Below the pieces are notes generated by a model. It was not told the DNA's origin and did no database searches. It was given only the letters and a program-made list of their open reading frames with translations. Below are positions 43,813 through 57,900 of a stretch of 64,000 nt of DNA, in pieces (positions within the stretch are counted from its first letter, which is position 1; each line of letters starts with the position of its first letter). The DNA is taken from the NCBI GenBank assembly GCA_964270895.1, contig OZ185441.1; one strand, written 5' to 3'. The translations under genes and the position numbers were made by a program. Source of the DNA: Podarcis filfolensis (Eukaryota).

Positions 43813-44060
43813 CCTATTCCCCCATAGAATCCTGGGAACTGTAGTTTGTTAAGGGTGCTGAGAGTTGTTAGGATATTCCCTTCCCAAAGGTACAATTCCC
43901 TGAGTGTGACTTGACAGTCAATCCCTTTCCCTGGAATTGTAGGTCTGGGAGGGGAATAGGGAGCTCCTAACAACTCCCAGCATCCTTAACAAACAACAGC
44001 TCCCAATATTTTTTATCGAAGCTATGATTGTACAAATGGTATAATGCTGCTTCAAATGTG
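43813..44060. mobile_element. Palindromic MITE
   Basis: Inverted arms tgggaactgtagtttgttaagggtgctgagagttgttagga / tcctaacaactcccagcatccttaacaaacaacagctccca. Confidence 0.7.
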
Positions 44061-44720
44061 ACCTTAGTTATAATTAACAATTGTACTTTACTTGTTGGGA
44101 GTTTAGAACAAGGGCAAGTGAAAAAGGTGAATTTTTAAGAAGTCGGCTGTGTCAAACTGTGATGTTAGGAATGCTTGCTGCTGCTAAAATAGAAAAGCTA
44201 TTGAATTGAAACACCTGGGGTGCTGTTTTCCTGTGTCCTGACCAGAATGGGCTTTCTGCTCCCAGCTCAATTAATTTAGACACTGCTATAAACCACTCAA
44301 AGGATCTGGTGAGCCTCCAGACGCCAATGAAAGACTGAAAGCTGTTAACATTTTGTCCATTACAGTTAAAATCCAGCTTTACTGCTTCAAGTGAGAACAG
44401 AACCCCAAATTCCTCCTGCTTCCTGACAATTTATAATGTTGTGGATGTATTTCCTTCTTCTGTCAACATTTGAAATCATGGGAAACTACTCAACTGTTGT
44501 CATTTACTGCACAAAATCTTAACTGCTCTGATGAAACGTTAACATGGCTGTTGGCATATGTGGATGTGGATCCGAGTGAAGCAGGGGCTGTCGATTTTCC
44601 CCTAAATAAAAAGTAGCTACTTATGCTTGAAAGGTTGGGGACAAGAAAATGAGGAAAAAATCATGTCCCTTAAGGGAGATTCTCACCATCCTTTCCTTTT
44701 CTAATGTTCAGCCTTTGCTT

Positions 44721-45070
44721 AAAGGTAAAGGGACCCCTGACCATTAGGTCCAGTCGTGGACGACTCCGGTGTTGCGGCACTCATCTCGCTTTACTGGCCG
44801 AGGGAGCCGGCGTACAGCTTCCGCTTCATGTGGCCAGCATGACTAAGCCGCTTCTGGTGAACCAGAGCAGTGCACGGAAATGCCGTTTACCTTCCCGCCG
44901 GAGCAGTACCTATTTATCTACTTGCACTTTGATGTGCTTTCGAACTGCTACGTTGGCAGGTGCAGGGACCGAGCAACGGAAGCTCACCCCATCGCAGGGA
45001 TTCGAACCGCCGACCTTCTGATCAGCAAGCCCTAGGCTCTGTGGTTTAACCCACAGCGCCACCCGTGTCC
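44721..45070 (-). mobile_element. Full-length Sauria SINE
   Basis: tRNA-like head with A box TGGCGCTGTGG and B box GGTTCGAATCC; CCTTTACCTTT tail; flanks CCTTTGCTTA/CCTTTGTTTA. Confidence 0.93.
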
Positions 45071-46355
45071 CTTTGTTTATATAGCCAAAATAGCAATAGC
45101 CATGCAAAAGAGGGACGTGCCACTAGACTCTGGGACCCCAATGCTTGCATAAATACAAAAGACAGCAACACAACACCCTAATGAATGAGTGATCCCCAAA
45201 AATCAGCCCAATGACCACACTCAGTGGCCACAGGATGACTTGTCAGGAGAGGGAAACTGAATGGAGGTGGCCATGGCTGGCTGGAACAGTGCAAACTTTT
45301 TGTTGCAGGTCCTACTTGCCTCTTATTAATAACCGTAACCAAATCAATATATCAGACAGCATTAATGGGCCCTCTGGAGATTACAGAGCTATTTAAAAAC
45401 TTCAGCCAGGACTTGTTCTCCAACAACAGTATGATGTCTGCTCTGAGAACAGAGCTTCAGTATGCAGACATATCAGCCAAAACAGCAGATGACTCTGAGC
45501 ATCTGCATTTGCCATCTCCATTGCTCTATAAAAAGGAGTGGATAGAAAAGCATATGTCAAGTATAAATTGGCTAGAGGCACAATTGTAAAGGAGCCAGCA
45601 GCCAGACAGACTGCAGGTGCTAGGCATATGAAATGAATTTACTCATCAGTGAGTGTGGCGTGCATAATTATTTCATTATATATTTTCAACGCAATGTTCA
45701 TAGCTCACGTTTGACTTGCCCTGTCTTCAGGACCGTGTCTCCTTTCAGAAAAGGGAAATATTTGTGATAGGATGCTGCCACTGCCATCATTACTCTAGAG
45801 GAAATAAACCATAGCCCCCAGATCATATAGGAGTTGCAAGCGTGGTTCTGCGTGAGATAACCATAGATAACGGTTGCAAAATGTAACCAGTGCCTGGTCA
45901 AAAGGCAACACCAGATTCAAGGAGTAGATGTCTCTCAGAAACAGGACCAGCTTCAGACTAGTGAGGGGCAGGCAAAGCAACCCCCGTTGGCATACTCTGC
46001 ACCACCCCTGCAAGTCTAAAGGTGGTAAACAGCAACACCATGATCTAAGTCAAGCCACCTGCCATTCTCACATTCCTACAGTGACTTACTGGAGCATTAT
46101 GGGAACAACCATATGGCAGTTCACTAATCTTCTGCTGCCATTCCATAAGTCCATGCCAGGGAAGATGGGTTGACAGGAGAGCCTGATTCACATAGCAGTG
46201 TGTCTGCCCCAACTCCTGCCCCCACGGAGGCCCTGCTTAACAGCGAATCTGAGGTTACATTGTCACTTTCCTGGTTTTATATTACAAAGCATATGTAAAA
46301 CCAGAAATTTTAAAAATATAATGTGATTAAATTATATTGAGGACTTCATTTAAGG

Positions 46356-46492
46356 CAGGCATAGGCAAACTCCAGCCCTCCAGATGTTTGGGACTACAAT
46401 TCCCATCATCCCTGACCACTGATCCTGTTAGCTAGGGATCATGGGAAGTGTAGTCCCAAACATCTGGAGGGGGCGGAGTTTGCCTATGCCTG
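46356..46492. mobile_element. hAT MITE (137 bp) with perfect 8-bp TSD
   Basis: ATTTAAGG at 46348-46355 and 46493-46500; near-perfect inverted arms of about 50 bp, CAGGCATAGGCAAACTCC.../...GGAGTTTGCCTATGCCTG. Confidence 0.92.
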
Positions 46493-46699
46493 ATTTAAGG
46501 GAATATTTAATCCTGAGTCTAAGGCAAAGACTCTGTGGCCCTCCAAATATCTCAGACTGGTGACTCTCAGAGCTTTCCAACTATCAGCTGACTGAACTCT
46601 CAGGCAGCATGACCTTATCAATAATCTTATCAGCAATCATACTCACATGCCCCCTAATTCCTTACAGAATGAAGTGTGACTAACTGTGCATCACAGCAT

Positions 46700-46850
46700 C
46701 CAGACTATTGTCAACAAGAGTGTCTTGTGGGGCCTTAACAACTAACAGACTTGTTTATAGCGTAACCTTTTGTAGACAAGAGCTCACTTGTTTTATAAAT
46801 GAAACCAACTTTAGTTCCTGGATGCTTATGCCACAATAAATTGGTTAACT
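46700..46850 (-). mobile_element. Older degenerate Penelope-like terminal fragment
   Basis: Minus strand caagtgagctcttgtctacaaaaggttacgc...ctgttagttgttaaggccccacaagac parallels the 22686 element, but the catalytic core is lost. Confidence 0.5.
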
Positions 46851-48578
46851 TAGACTAATTTTGCATAGGATTGGCTGCTACTTTGAATTCAGTGTGCCCT
46901 ACTTTCAAGTAAAGCTTCACAGGAGTGGGTTCTTACTCTGCAATACCATTCTGCCCTTTCCCACTGGTTCTTAACATAGCCTCTTGGAGAAAATATCAAG
47001 TGCCAGGATTGCAGAATGGTAAAATTAAAATTTGCTTGCTATGAAAATCAACATCTTTTCACTCTGCACAGCAGCATAGGAAAGCTACTATGTCTTATTT
47101 TCAAGAAAGAAGAATGTGTACATGGGGGGGGGGGGGAGGAAGAATCTACGATCCCTGAGCAGCCAAAATTTAGAAGGCCCATAGAGAATAAGTAGTCAGC
47201 ACCTTGATGAGTTAAGGTATATTGCATAGCAACAAAACAGAAAAATTGGAAATGGTTAGACACCCACTGTGGTGCTCCTCCTGACCCAAGGATGAATAGC
47301 AATTCCAAGCAGTTAAAAATCTTTGTGAAAGAACAAAAGCCAGCAAAAGGCTAAACCCATGAGCTTTGACTCCTAGACCTTTGTTCTAATGGATCTAGCA
47401 ATCTACTCCTGGTTTGTTTGGGTTTTTTGCCAAAATCTTACTAAAGTTTTGGCAGCTTTTACAAACTTCTCTATACAATTTGATGAGTCTGAGAATCCAA
47501 CATGAAACTTGGTGTATTGTTCTGGCTCAAAATGCATCTGTCTCCGATTCTGTGTGTGTACATTACATGTGAACCTGAACAGAGATTAGAGTACTTACAG
47601 AATTGGAGGTGAGTGAATGCAAGTTTGTCCAGATTGCCTGGCAGTAAATTCAGCTCTTGGCTTAAAGAAAGCAATCCTTCTTTGCAGGAGATGTTGAAGT
47701 TAGTTGAATAGTTCAAGATAAATGTACTGTCTATATTTAGTTGGGAGAGAGATTCACAATGTGTGTCTCATAAAAATCACAATACAAACCACAAAGGGGG
47801 GTCGCCATAATGCCTGTAACTCCCTAAGGAAGTGTCTGCTTTCCTACTGTTCTTGATCTAGGTAGCTTTCTATCAACAGCCTTCTCTTTCTAGTTTTTAG
47901 GAACAGGCCTCAGACTATCATAAAAACAAGTATAGTCCAATGGTAAGCTTCTTTCTGCACAGTCAATAAATAGGCAACACAAAAAATCAGGTTCAGATCT
48001 TCTAATTATTTTGTAGTAATTGTATATACCATGAAGTGTGTCCATTCAGGCAAACTGGTAAACCATGGTTTAGATACCATTAGCAAGTCCTAATCCTGGT
48101 TTAGCATCAAACCACAGTCTGCAAACCCTTCTAGCCAAAACCACAAACTATAGTTTGTGCAAACCAAAGTTTGTCCACAAACCAGGCTCAAATAACAGTC
48201 TGTAATCTTGGTTTGCCACTAACTCAGAATCATAAGTTTCTACTTATCATGCACAGGGCACAAGTAAGGGAAGGGAGGAGTATACAATGGAACTCCCTCC
48301 CCCTGGAGGCACAGAGAGCGTCTACAAATTCTACCATGGGGGCGGTGGGGGGGGGGGACAAGCTTACCTAGCTTGTGCATAAATCAGGCACTAACTAATC
48401 TTGTTTACTTGGTGCAAATCCCAAACTAAAACTAATTTTGATTAGCCCAGACTTTTTTTGCTTGACCAAAACTTCCAGATTCCTGTATTGTGAGTCTTTC
48501 ATTAAAGAAGAAAAGAAATTATTGACTTTAGGTCAGAAGGGTGCCTAGAGGTCACAGGCCATGAATATCCAATATAAC

Positions 48579-48621
48579 TAAAGGGATATAAATAAAGGGA
48601 TATAAAGTAAAGGGATATAAA
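48579..48621. repeat. Tandem triplication of TAAAGGGATATAAA(G)
   Basis: Three adjacent 14-15 nt copies. Confidence 0.9.
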
Positions 48622-51600
48622 TACATCCTTCTGGAGCATAGTCACACTTTTCCAGTATTGAAGGCCAAGCCAGAAAGGCAGTAAGAGTTAAAAGCCCAAA
48701 TGTTTGCTAACGAATTATCTACTCCCCAAAGGTGGGGAGCTATGCCATTACAGGAAACCCCCATCAATTTTATTTACTTTAAAGTTAAACAAATGTTTTC
48801 TGTAGTATGAGGACAGCAGCCAAAGCAGTGTACAACACTATAAAAAGAGTGTTAGGAAAAACACATCTCAGCAATAAAAAAACACTTGAACAACATACAT
48901 TAAAACATTAAAACTTGTCAGCCAGCGTGGGAGACAGTTGTTTCACCAAATAAAAGGGCTTTTTTTGGATTCAATGGCAATCACAACACAAATGGAAGGA
49001 GGTTTAGTGCTTCTATTAAATAGTATAGAAAACTGTACAGCATTTAAGCAAAATCACACAGCATGAGGAAGATAGTAAGAACAAGATAATGTACCTCCAC
49101 GTTCTGTTATTGGGAGCGTCGGGAATCAACGGAAAGATTCCAGCTGGCCAGTACAGTCAGGACCCCCACTGAAGCTCAGGGGTCAGGCCCCATGTGAGAG
49201 ATGCATACGCTCCAGCCCCCTGCTGGCCTCTTGCTGGCTGACCTATTATGTCAATCCCTCCCACCTGCTAAGCTAGGTCAATCTACTGAGGCAGCATAAT
49301 TAATTAGTCCTGCAGCTGCACTGCTGCCTACAGGCACTCAGCCTACAGCTGGCCCACAAATGAATCTTCCACCAACCTGCTTCTCCATATCCCTGGAGCC
49401 CACACAGTAAATAAAACCAAAAAACCTTGCTAAGGTACCAATAAGGGAGGAAGAATCATTTAAACCAGTATCTATTTCCTCAGGATACAAAAGTCTTCTT
49501 GCCTAGGTTTTATCTGCAACAGTGAACCAAGTTCCAGATGAGCCCTGGCCAGATTTAATCTCTCTGTCTCGCATCCACAATAGCCTACAAAGAGCCAACC
49601 TAGTACTACTAGGAGCAGAGTTAACAAGCGGTCATGACTCTGCTATCCATAAATTCACGAGCCAATCCCTCACAAATTGCAAGACTGGAAAGCATTGAAT
49701 TTGGCCTTCTTATCCGTTTGAAATTGCAGAACTTTTAATAGCTGCAGATATCAAACTTTCATGTTTTAGTCTTTGACAAGCCAACATTTCTCACAGCAGC
49801 TTGACTCCTAACCAGCCCCTTTTACTGCAGAGCCAAGCCAGGCCAAGGTTAGTGAGGAATGGAAACAGCTTAAGCATGAACCTGTGTTAGGATGACACAC
49901 TAAGATTGGCTTAGCTCAGCGCAGTGAGGCAATAAAAAAGACAAGGGAGGGGCAAAATGGCCATGAATTCCCTCTAGGCAAGCCATAGTTTGGGCTTACC
50001 ATGAAATACAAACCAGGCTACATATATCTTGCTACATATTAGAGTTTAGTTTCCAAGTTTCATATTCTGAAGTCATCAATCCCCAATCACAAATTGCTTG
50101 GGGATGCAATTAGTCATCTTACACTCTGTTCTCTACAAACACATTGTTCATGTTACTACTGCTTCTCTTCTGCTCCCCAGCAGAGGCAACACAATTCTTC
50201 ATATCTATTTTTATTTAGTCTCTGATTTAATACCGCTCCTTTCTATATTGGCCTATACTGAAGGCAACTGACTATGATAAAAATAATACAGTAAAGACAA
50301 AGCAAAACAAATCAGCAGCAGTAGCAGGATAGACTTCAAAATGTATGCTGAAACAAAACAGGATTGTGGCTTATATATGGCTCATTCAAATGCACACCCC
50401 TAGCATTTAGGGTGGGAACATACCTTGCTATAACACCATCTGCTTATGCCAAAACATAGACAAGCCACTAATATTTTATGTGATGGTGCAAGTCTCTTTG
50501 TAATACCAATACAGGATGACATGCGTGTTCAATGTCCCACTTAAAAACTTCAAATCAGCAGGATGAGATTCTTTCAATGAAGGAAGGCAAGTGTTCTTGT
50601 GGTAAAGGTTTGACATCAAACACACACACAGGGCTCTGCAAGGAACAGGTTTGATGGGCTCCTACCCAATTTGCAATTTCAAAACAGATGCGACAGGGAA
50701 AGCAGAGGGAGGAAGGGGTGGAATGTGCAATTATTTCAGTTAATCATACTTGAACTTACATTACAGTAGGATATTTGGACTAGGGGGCCATTCCCAAGGT
50801 TTCACAGAGAAACCCCCTCTAGCAGGGAGGGTTAATATATTTACTATCAAAAGCTTATAAACATGCTGTGCTGCTCTTGCACACAGGCTTGAGGAATTCA
50901 CAATCAAAGGGCACGTGGAGGTTAACCGCTCTCTCGCGACCTCTAATAAAATGTGTCGTGAGCTCCAGCACAGAGAGCAAGTCACCATAATTCTTTCTTC
51001 GGAGCTGTTCCATTTGGAAGCAGTTGCTTGGAGAGGACCAGGGCCAGAGGGGAAAAAACTGGAGTCAGTAAACCGTTAAGGCACTTGGCATATCCATGAG
51101 CTGTGAAGTTCTGTAGGTGTTTTAAGCTGAAGAATTTTCTCATACAGTACTCCTAAGGCTTAATGCACATGTTTTAAGCACTCATGGCTTTGCCACTTTA
51201 TTTATGGCTAAAATACATGTGATGTGGAAGATCCATGATTGGGATCTTTCACTTTAATAATAATGAAAGATTAAACAGGCACCATAAGGAAAGACCAGGA
51301 TCCCCTGCAACATTTCCCCAGTTTGAAGCTGCCCCTAAGCTGTTTGCACAAGCAAAAGTAAAAACTAAAAGTATCCGTATGGATAATTGTTTGTTCTGTT
51401 CCATGTTTCATACTGTGTGGGGTTCGAGGCGATTTCAAAGTGTGCCTACCTTTGGCCACCCATAATTGTCATCCCTCTAAGCAAAGAAGTCAACATTGTC
51501 TCCCAAAAAACATGTAGTGCACAGTGCCCAATATTTCTTCATGCTACATACCCAAATCTGTGAGGTGCAAGTCATTGGCCACAGTGTTGAATACCTTATT

Positions 51601-51774
51601 CATGTCACATCTGATGAGGTCACCGTCAATGCTGAGCTTTCCTTTGAAGACGTTGACAGGCAATTCATGTACTCCCACTTTCAAGAGCCTCCAAGTTGCA
51701 AATGTCCTTGTTTTCTCCTGCTCCAGAGGGTATGATCTGAACCAATGGCTTCAAGATACAAGGAGATTCTGACT

Positions 51775-51945
51775 AAACATCAGGAAGAATTTTATGATGG
51801 TAAGAACTGTTTTGACAGTAGAACCTTGGAAGGTAGTGGACTCTCCTTCCTTGGAGGTTTTTAAGAAGAGGTTGAATGGCCATCTGTCACGGATGCTTTA
51901 GTCGAGATCCCTGCACTGTAGAGGGTTGCACTTAGATGACTCTAT
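51775..51945 (+). mobile_element. CR1 LINE 3' end
   Basis: catcaggaagaatttt...ggaggtttttaagaagaggttgaatggccatctgtc...gatccctgcactgtagagggttgcacttagatga. Confidence 0.8.
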
Positions 51946-52099
51946 GAAAGTGGACTATGACTTGTATCGAGGAACTCATACCTAGCTACTGCAAGAATCT
52001 CAATACTGACTCAGCCTCAGGTCACTTTGAAACTCAGGAAAAACACACTTGATCTATGCCTAGGGATTGTCTCAACTAACCATTTCATTCTTTGTAACC

Positions 52100-54759
52100 A
52101 TTTTGGCAATTCAAGCCGCATGGCTATTTTATTCTCTGATGTGATGTTGGTGCTGTATAATGCACACATTTATTTGGAGTTTGAATGGAGACTGATCTTC
52201 TGCTAATTGAAGTGCAATGCAACATCCCAGTGGGACATCTCCATGGCAACATGTGTTTATATACATGCCATCATGTAACCTATGAACATATATAGGATAA
52301 GTTGCAGGTGGAAGGGTAGTTCTGCATTGCTGCAATCTGTTAGAAGCAGATATTGAGGATCTTTTGATCCAAAGGCAAGGTATAAATCTTGATTTAAGAT
52401 AGTTTTTCATGTTCACTGCATTCACAGAGAAGGGTAGAGTAAAAACAACACACTTTTGTCTAAACCACAGCACCATCTAGTGGCAATAATTATACTATAC
52501 TGCAAATCTAAATCCATAAACTGCCGAACAGAAGCCCCAAATGGGACATTTTCTTCTGAAAGCACCACAGGTCAACTCAGTTATTAGAATAAACAAACGC
52601 ACACCAAAGCATTCTTAAAGTCAATTGGTCATACCCAAGAGCCAGTACAATTTTGTGTAGCCTATTACAAAGTGTTCATTCTAGGTCATTCATTTTATAG
52701 TTTGTATGTGACCTTCCATATACAGAAGCAACAAACTTCTCATTATTTACAAGACCCCTTAAAAGAGAAACAGTTGAGAAATGCCTGATCTAGCTAGTGA
52801 CTGCCAATATTCAAATTACTTCTCACTTGGAAGATTTAAAGATTATACCGTAAAAGCATTTGAGAAATTCTAGTGACAGGATTAACAGATACTGTAAACA
52901 GCGTAAGTAACTTCTGTTCATTGAGTAACACTAGTTTTTCGCCTCAACCACTGAGGTTTGATATTTTCAGTTCCATTAACATTTCAGCACCCCAATGGAT
53001 CCAACTGATCACAATCATCATAAAAGCACACACAGAAACTTCTTGTTTTAAGATTTTTTTTACAGCTGAATTACAGAGCCTCTTCTCAGGGAGGCTGGAT
53101 CTTGTAGAGAATTACAACATTTTTTATACTCCACTGCATCCCACGGAAAGGCCAGGCAGAATTACAATTAAAGTACAGGTTTCACATTGCATAAAACACA
53201 GTTTACACAACATCTGGGTGTACAAATGAGCAGTACTCAATAATTTATAGTTATTTACTTTCATAGTATTGGACTACATTTTAGCATCTTCATGCAAACC
53301 AACACATGCTTTGGCTCTTGAAAAGTTGGCATTATTCCTCAAAACCTTCCTCCTTGCTGCATTTTCTCTCTTAGTCAGAGGAAGTGTGTACAGTGCTTTG
53401 GGAAACAAACACTAAAACACATATTATCAGAAAGTGCTGATTACTGTTTAACATTTAGTAAAGATACTAGGGTTTCCATTACATTTTTGCCAGCTAAAAT
53501 AAAGGTCATTAGGTCAAAAAATATAGACATTACGCATTTTAAGTTACACTCAACTTCACAAATTTCAATTCTGAAAGTGTCATTGCAATCCTTTGTAAAA
53601 ATGTTGTTTCATTGCACACAAATTCAGTTTTATATCCCTGAAGATTTCCATGTACCATGAAAATAGGAAGTGGGCCTAGTTCAAAACTGTTATACTCACT
53701 GGGTTACAAACATCTCTCCATAAACGTCTGAATGTGTGATTTAAGAATTTACTCTCTCTTTCTCCCCCCCCACCTCAAAAAACAGCAGTGTTTTACAGTC
53801 ATGTTCCTTTCCTCACACAATACATAATAGTGCAAGTCTATACTTGACAAAAATTGAATTACCCGTGAAAGTAAACATTACCCTATGGCAAGGGATGCGA
53901 TTAACAGGGAATTGTGTTCATGGTGTTGAATAAACACAGCTGAAAGCTACTAGGAATGTTACTGAACACATTTCAAGATCCTTCTCCTGTGGCATATTAC
54001 TTCTCCCTGGAAAATCTGCAAGTTCATAATGTTAGATATTCTCTGAATATGAAAAGCATATCATTTGCATACCAATGAGTGTGGGGTCCTTTTTTGCCCA
54101 GAAATGCTGAAGATTCCATAGCTAAAGTATGTGATATTCAAAAGAAAACAAGGTTTCTTTTCCAGTTTATCTATAGAGGTGTTTTGTTACTCAGAAAATT
54201 AGTTTTCACTATTTATGCTTCTAAAGAACTGATTATGCCTTCCCGACACTGGCCCATAAACCTTCTATATACATTATGCATATATTATGTTTCAGAAAAT
54301 ATTATGGTCATATGGGAAAAGGGATAGCCAACATAGTTTAAGGTGTTCCACACTGTTTAGTGAGTATTGTTCAAAAAAATTGCTTAACACTCCTTTGCCT
54401 GAACTCCAACCTTGCCCAGGAATATCGGAGCATGAAGCAATAGGCCCTGAAACTAGACATCTAGAAAGAATTAGCGGAAGGTAAATGCCATCATCCAAAC
54501 CCACTTCCCCTTTTGAAGGGAAGACTGTAATACTCAAAATTCTTTATTAAAGCAGATGCACTGCAAAGATGTAGGACTGTAACTCAAGAAAACTTTGAGA
54601 TGTACAACCATGCTTTCCGTACAAGTTTCCCAGAAGCAGACAAATATTTATATTTCCAATTTACTGATTGCAATGAAGTGATGGTAATTCGGCAGCTTCC
54701 AGAATTGCTCATTGCCAGAAACAGCTAGGTTGATATTTAAGAGTAGAGTTGTACTGGAA
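52100..54759 (-). promoter_or_regulatory. NAPG: Putative NAPG 3' UTR with proximal and distal poly(A) signals
   Basis: Minus-strand AATAAA at 54548-54543 (proximal) and at 52174-52169 and 52133-52128 (distal pair). Confidence 0.5.
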
Positions 54760-54909
54760 TTACAGCAGTCCACTTGCATAATCATCATCTTCCTCATTTC
54801 CACGGGAACCTACTTCACCTGGTTCACCCACTTTGCCCTGTGGAGTAACTGGGGATTTCTTCTTCACACCTCCTCCTGGGACAGCCAATGAGAGGCCAAG
54901 CTTGGCATA
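54760..54909 (-). CDS. NAPG: NAPG last coding exon: YAKLGLSLAVPGGGVKKKSP...DDDYASGLL*
   Basis: ctgccag|TAT; TAA at 54762-54760. Confidence 0.96.
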   Translation of the reverse strand, partial: YAKLGLSLAVPGGGVKKKSPVTPQGKVGEPGEVGSRGNEEDDDYASGLL

Positions 54910-57900
54910 CTGGCAGAGGGCAAGAACAAGATGTTGAGCACACATGCCCTGTTTAACTTACTCTGCTGCAGTCAATATGAGTATTTGCATAAAGTAACAG
55001 AATGGTTAATTAGAAAATGCCAGCACCCCACTAATACTACTCTAAGGGAAATTAACAGAATACAAAGCAGTGGACACATTCAACTGTGTCCCAGGGCAGC
55101 GTGATTATTTCTCACTATTTTATCTCAAATTTTTAATCTACAAAGCCATTAACAATTGCAATAATAAAATCATAAGACATTAAGTCATTAAAAACACAAG
55201 CAATGTAAAGGAAGGCCCATCTCTGCAATCTGAAATCAGTATTTACAAACCTATGTTACAGCCAATCTTTTTCTAGAAGGAAAAGGCCCTCTGAAAAAAA
55301 AGTTGTACGACCAAGGTGACAAGATACTACCCACAGCCCATTCAGACTTTAGCTTTGGCAGTGACTTGAATACTCGTGTATCACAGGAAATGCCACATTC
55401 ATGCATAGCATTGCAACTTACTATTTCTCAGTACAAAACACCCTGTGGATCAAAATAATCAGTTAATATATTCTGCTTAAGAAAATAAACTGAGACACCA
55501 ACTTACATCATTGTCCATGTATTTAAACAGTGGTGAATTGCAAACATCTGATACTTGGTCCTGGTCTTGCTGATCATACCCCTCTAGGAGCTGCTCCAAT
55601 GCGGCACAGTCTTCACTTTCACTGAAGCCTGGTATGCTGAAGCAATTGCAGTATTATTTAAATTACTCCACTCAAAGTAAAGAAACTAAATTTCCATATA
55701 AGGTACAAACAAGAAAATGGAAGACACGAGAATCAGGGCCTGAGAAGTACCTAAACGACCACTTCCTACAATATGACCCTGCCTAGATTCTGCATTCTTA
55801 ATCAGAAGCCCTACCCTGGTTTCCCACACCATCTGAAGTTAGATGGGAAGTGACCAGGAAGACAACCTTTTAGGTGGTGGCACCCTATCTTGGAGATGTT
55901 CTCCCTAAGGAGATTTGCTTAGTGCCAACTGTACCATTTGTAGACCCAGATATACCAGCATGCATTGACCGATTTTAACACTGCTTTTATCTGATCGTTC
56001 TGCGCAAGTTTTAATTATGATTAAACCACTGGGATCTTGGGAATTAGAGCATAGTGTCATCTGTATGGTGCACACAGCTTTATCTCTCCATTCCCATCTG
56101 AATCAGGAGAGGCTATGGAGGTACACTGAAGCAGAGAAGGCGTGGGTGGGGGCTAATAAACTGAGGCTCAATTCTAGTAAGACGGAAATGCTGTAGGTGG
56201 GCAGGTTCCCATATCTAAGAACTAGGTGTTCCACCTGTAATGGCAGGAGTTGATCTCAAGTGGTTCCTGTGGCTAGGAGTGCTTAGGCCTTGTGTAGGCT
56301 AGTTTGCCAGCTATGGCTGTTCCTGGAACAGAATAGCTTGGCCTCACTTAGACTAACGTAATGGGTTCTATGTAGGGATGCTCTTGAAGTGGTCCAGCTA
56401 ATGCAGAATGAAGCTGCTAGTTTAGTAAGTGGGGCAAGCCCAATGGAATCTTGTGTCACCTGGTTCTGAAAGCTCTGCTCTGGCTACCAGGCAGCTACCA
56501 GCCAAATTCAATGTGTTAGTATTATCATATAAAGTCTTAAATTGTTTGGGACCCAAATGCCTAAGAGTACCAAATGAATGAATGAATGAATAAGCAACTT
56601 ACTTTCTAAACCAACAAATGAGTTTTATAGGTGTAACAATTTGATATTAAGATGAGGAACGAATTTATTGTCACTCTTTTATAAGCAAGGAGCGTTTCTC
56701 AAAAAGATGGTGTGCCAACGAACCCTGCATTCAGCGCTTATGCCAGTAACAGAAATACAGAGCATAAGATAATGAAGAACACAACTATGCTTTTAAAAAA
56801 TAAAAACAAATCAGGCAAACAGATAACTTACCTACAACTTTCCCTGACACATTTTTCTGCAGCAACATAGTCATTTCTGTGAAGGTGAACTAAGACCTGA
56901 GCAATAGTTTTCTAAAAGGAGAAAAAAATGACTGATTCACTATCTAATAACAAAGCAGTATTAATTTCTCTGTTTAACGGATTCAATAGAAAAAAATATA
57001 AATGTCAGCATCTCAAAAAAAGAAAAACAGAGGTACTTTGAAGAATTAAGGGTGATTTTTTCTTTCTTTCAGAAAAATGACCAGGTCTTTGGCAACAGAT
57101 GTTTGGCCTGCCATTTTCTGAGCCAAGATTTAGAAGTTTAGCATTAAATAACTCTCCATAACTGTTTCAATTATACAAAGACATAAAATAAATACACCTT
57201 TTGCTATTTAAGAAGACTTGGATCATTACAGATTATGTACTTTGGCCATTGGGCTACTTTGCCTCTTCTTCATCTTTTGAAGATGCTCCTCATACATTCA
57301 GCAGCAAACATTGAACACAATGATCACGTCGGTACACAGAAGATGCTTGTAGCTTAAAATAAACAGGGTCTCATGAAAACTGAACCTGAAACCCTGATAG
57401 CACCTAACAACAGACTCTGCTAGTCACAAACAAGTGAATTAAATAACCAAGGCATGGCACTAAAGTTATGCAGGGTAAAATAAGACTTACTCCACCCAAT
57501 CCCTAGATATTCGGGATTTTCAAAGCTGTGTCAGATTTTACAATTATAACACTGCATAAAATATGGAGCAGGCCAATATTTTTTTAAAAAACAGCTTCCA
57601 AGTTTGATGGTTGTTTTTTTAAGTACATTAAAACAAAAAACAAAAACATGAACCAATTTTAACATTCCCAACTGTTTTAAGAGATTAGTGCGTGTATGAT
57701 TTCTAGTGAGGAATACATCTAACACTGTTCAATTAGATGTGAGCTTACAAATTAGAGTAATTCAAAAGAAAAGAGAGCACTTTTTCAGAAATAGATAAAG
57801 AGACCACCTGGTTTTATACCTTGTAACAAGTTGGATAGTTTTCAATATCTTTATAAAGACTCTTTTCCTTCTGAATAGATACTGCAGCCTCATCTAGTCT

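Noticed and set aside
49100-49490. Possible second solo LTR starting TGTTA
   Set aside because: No matching CA terminus with a TSD could be found.
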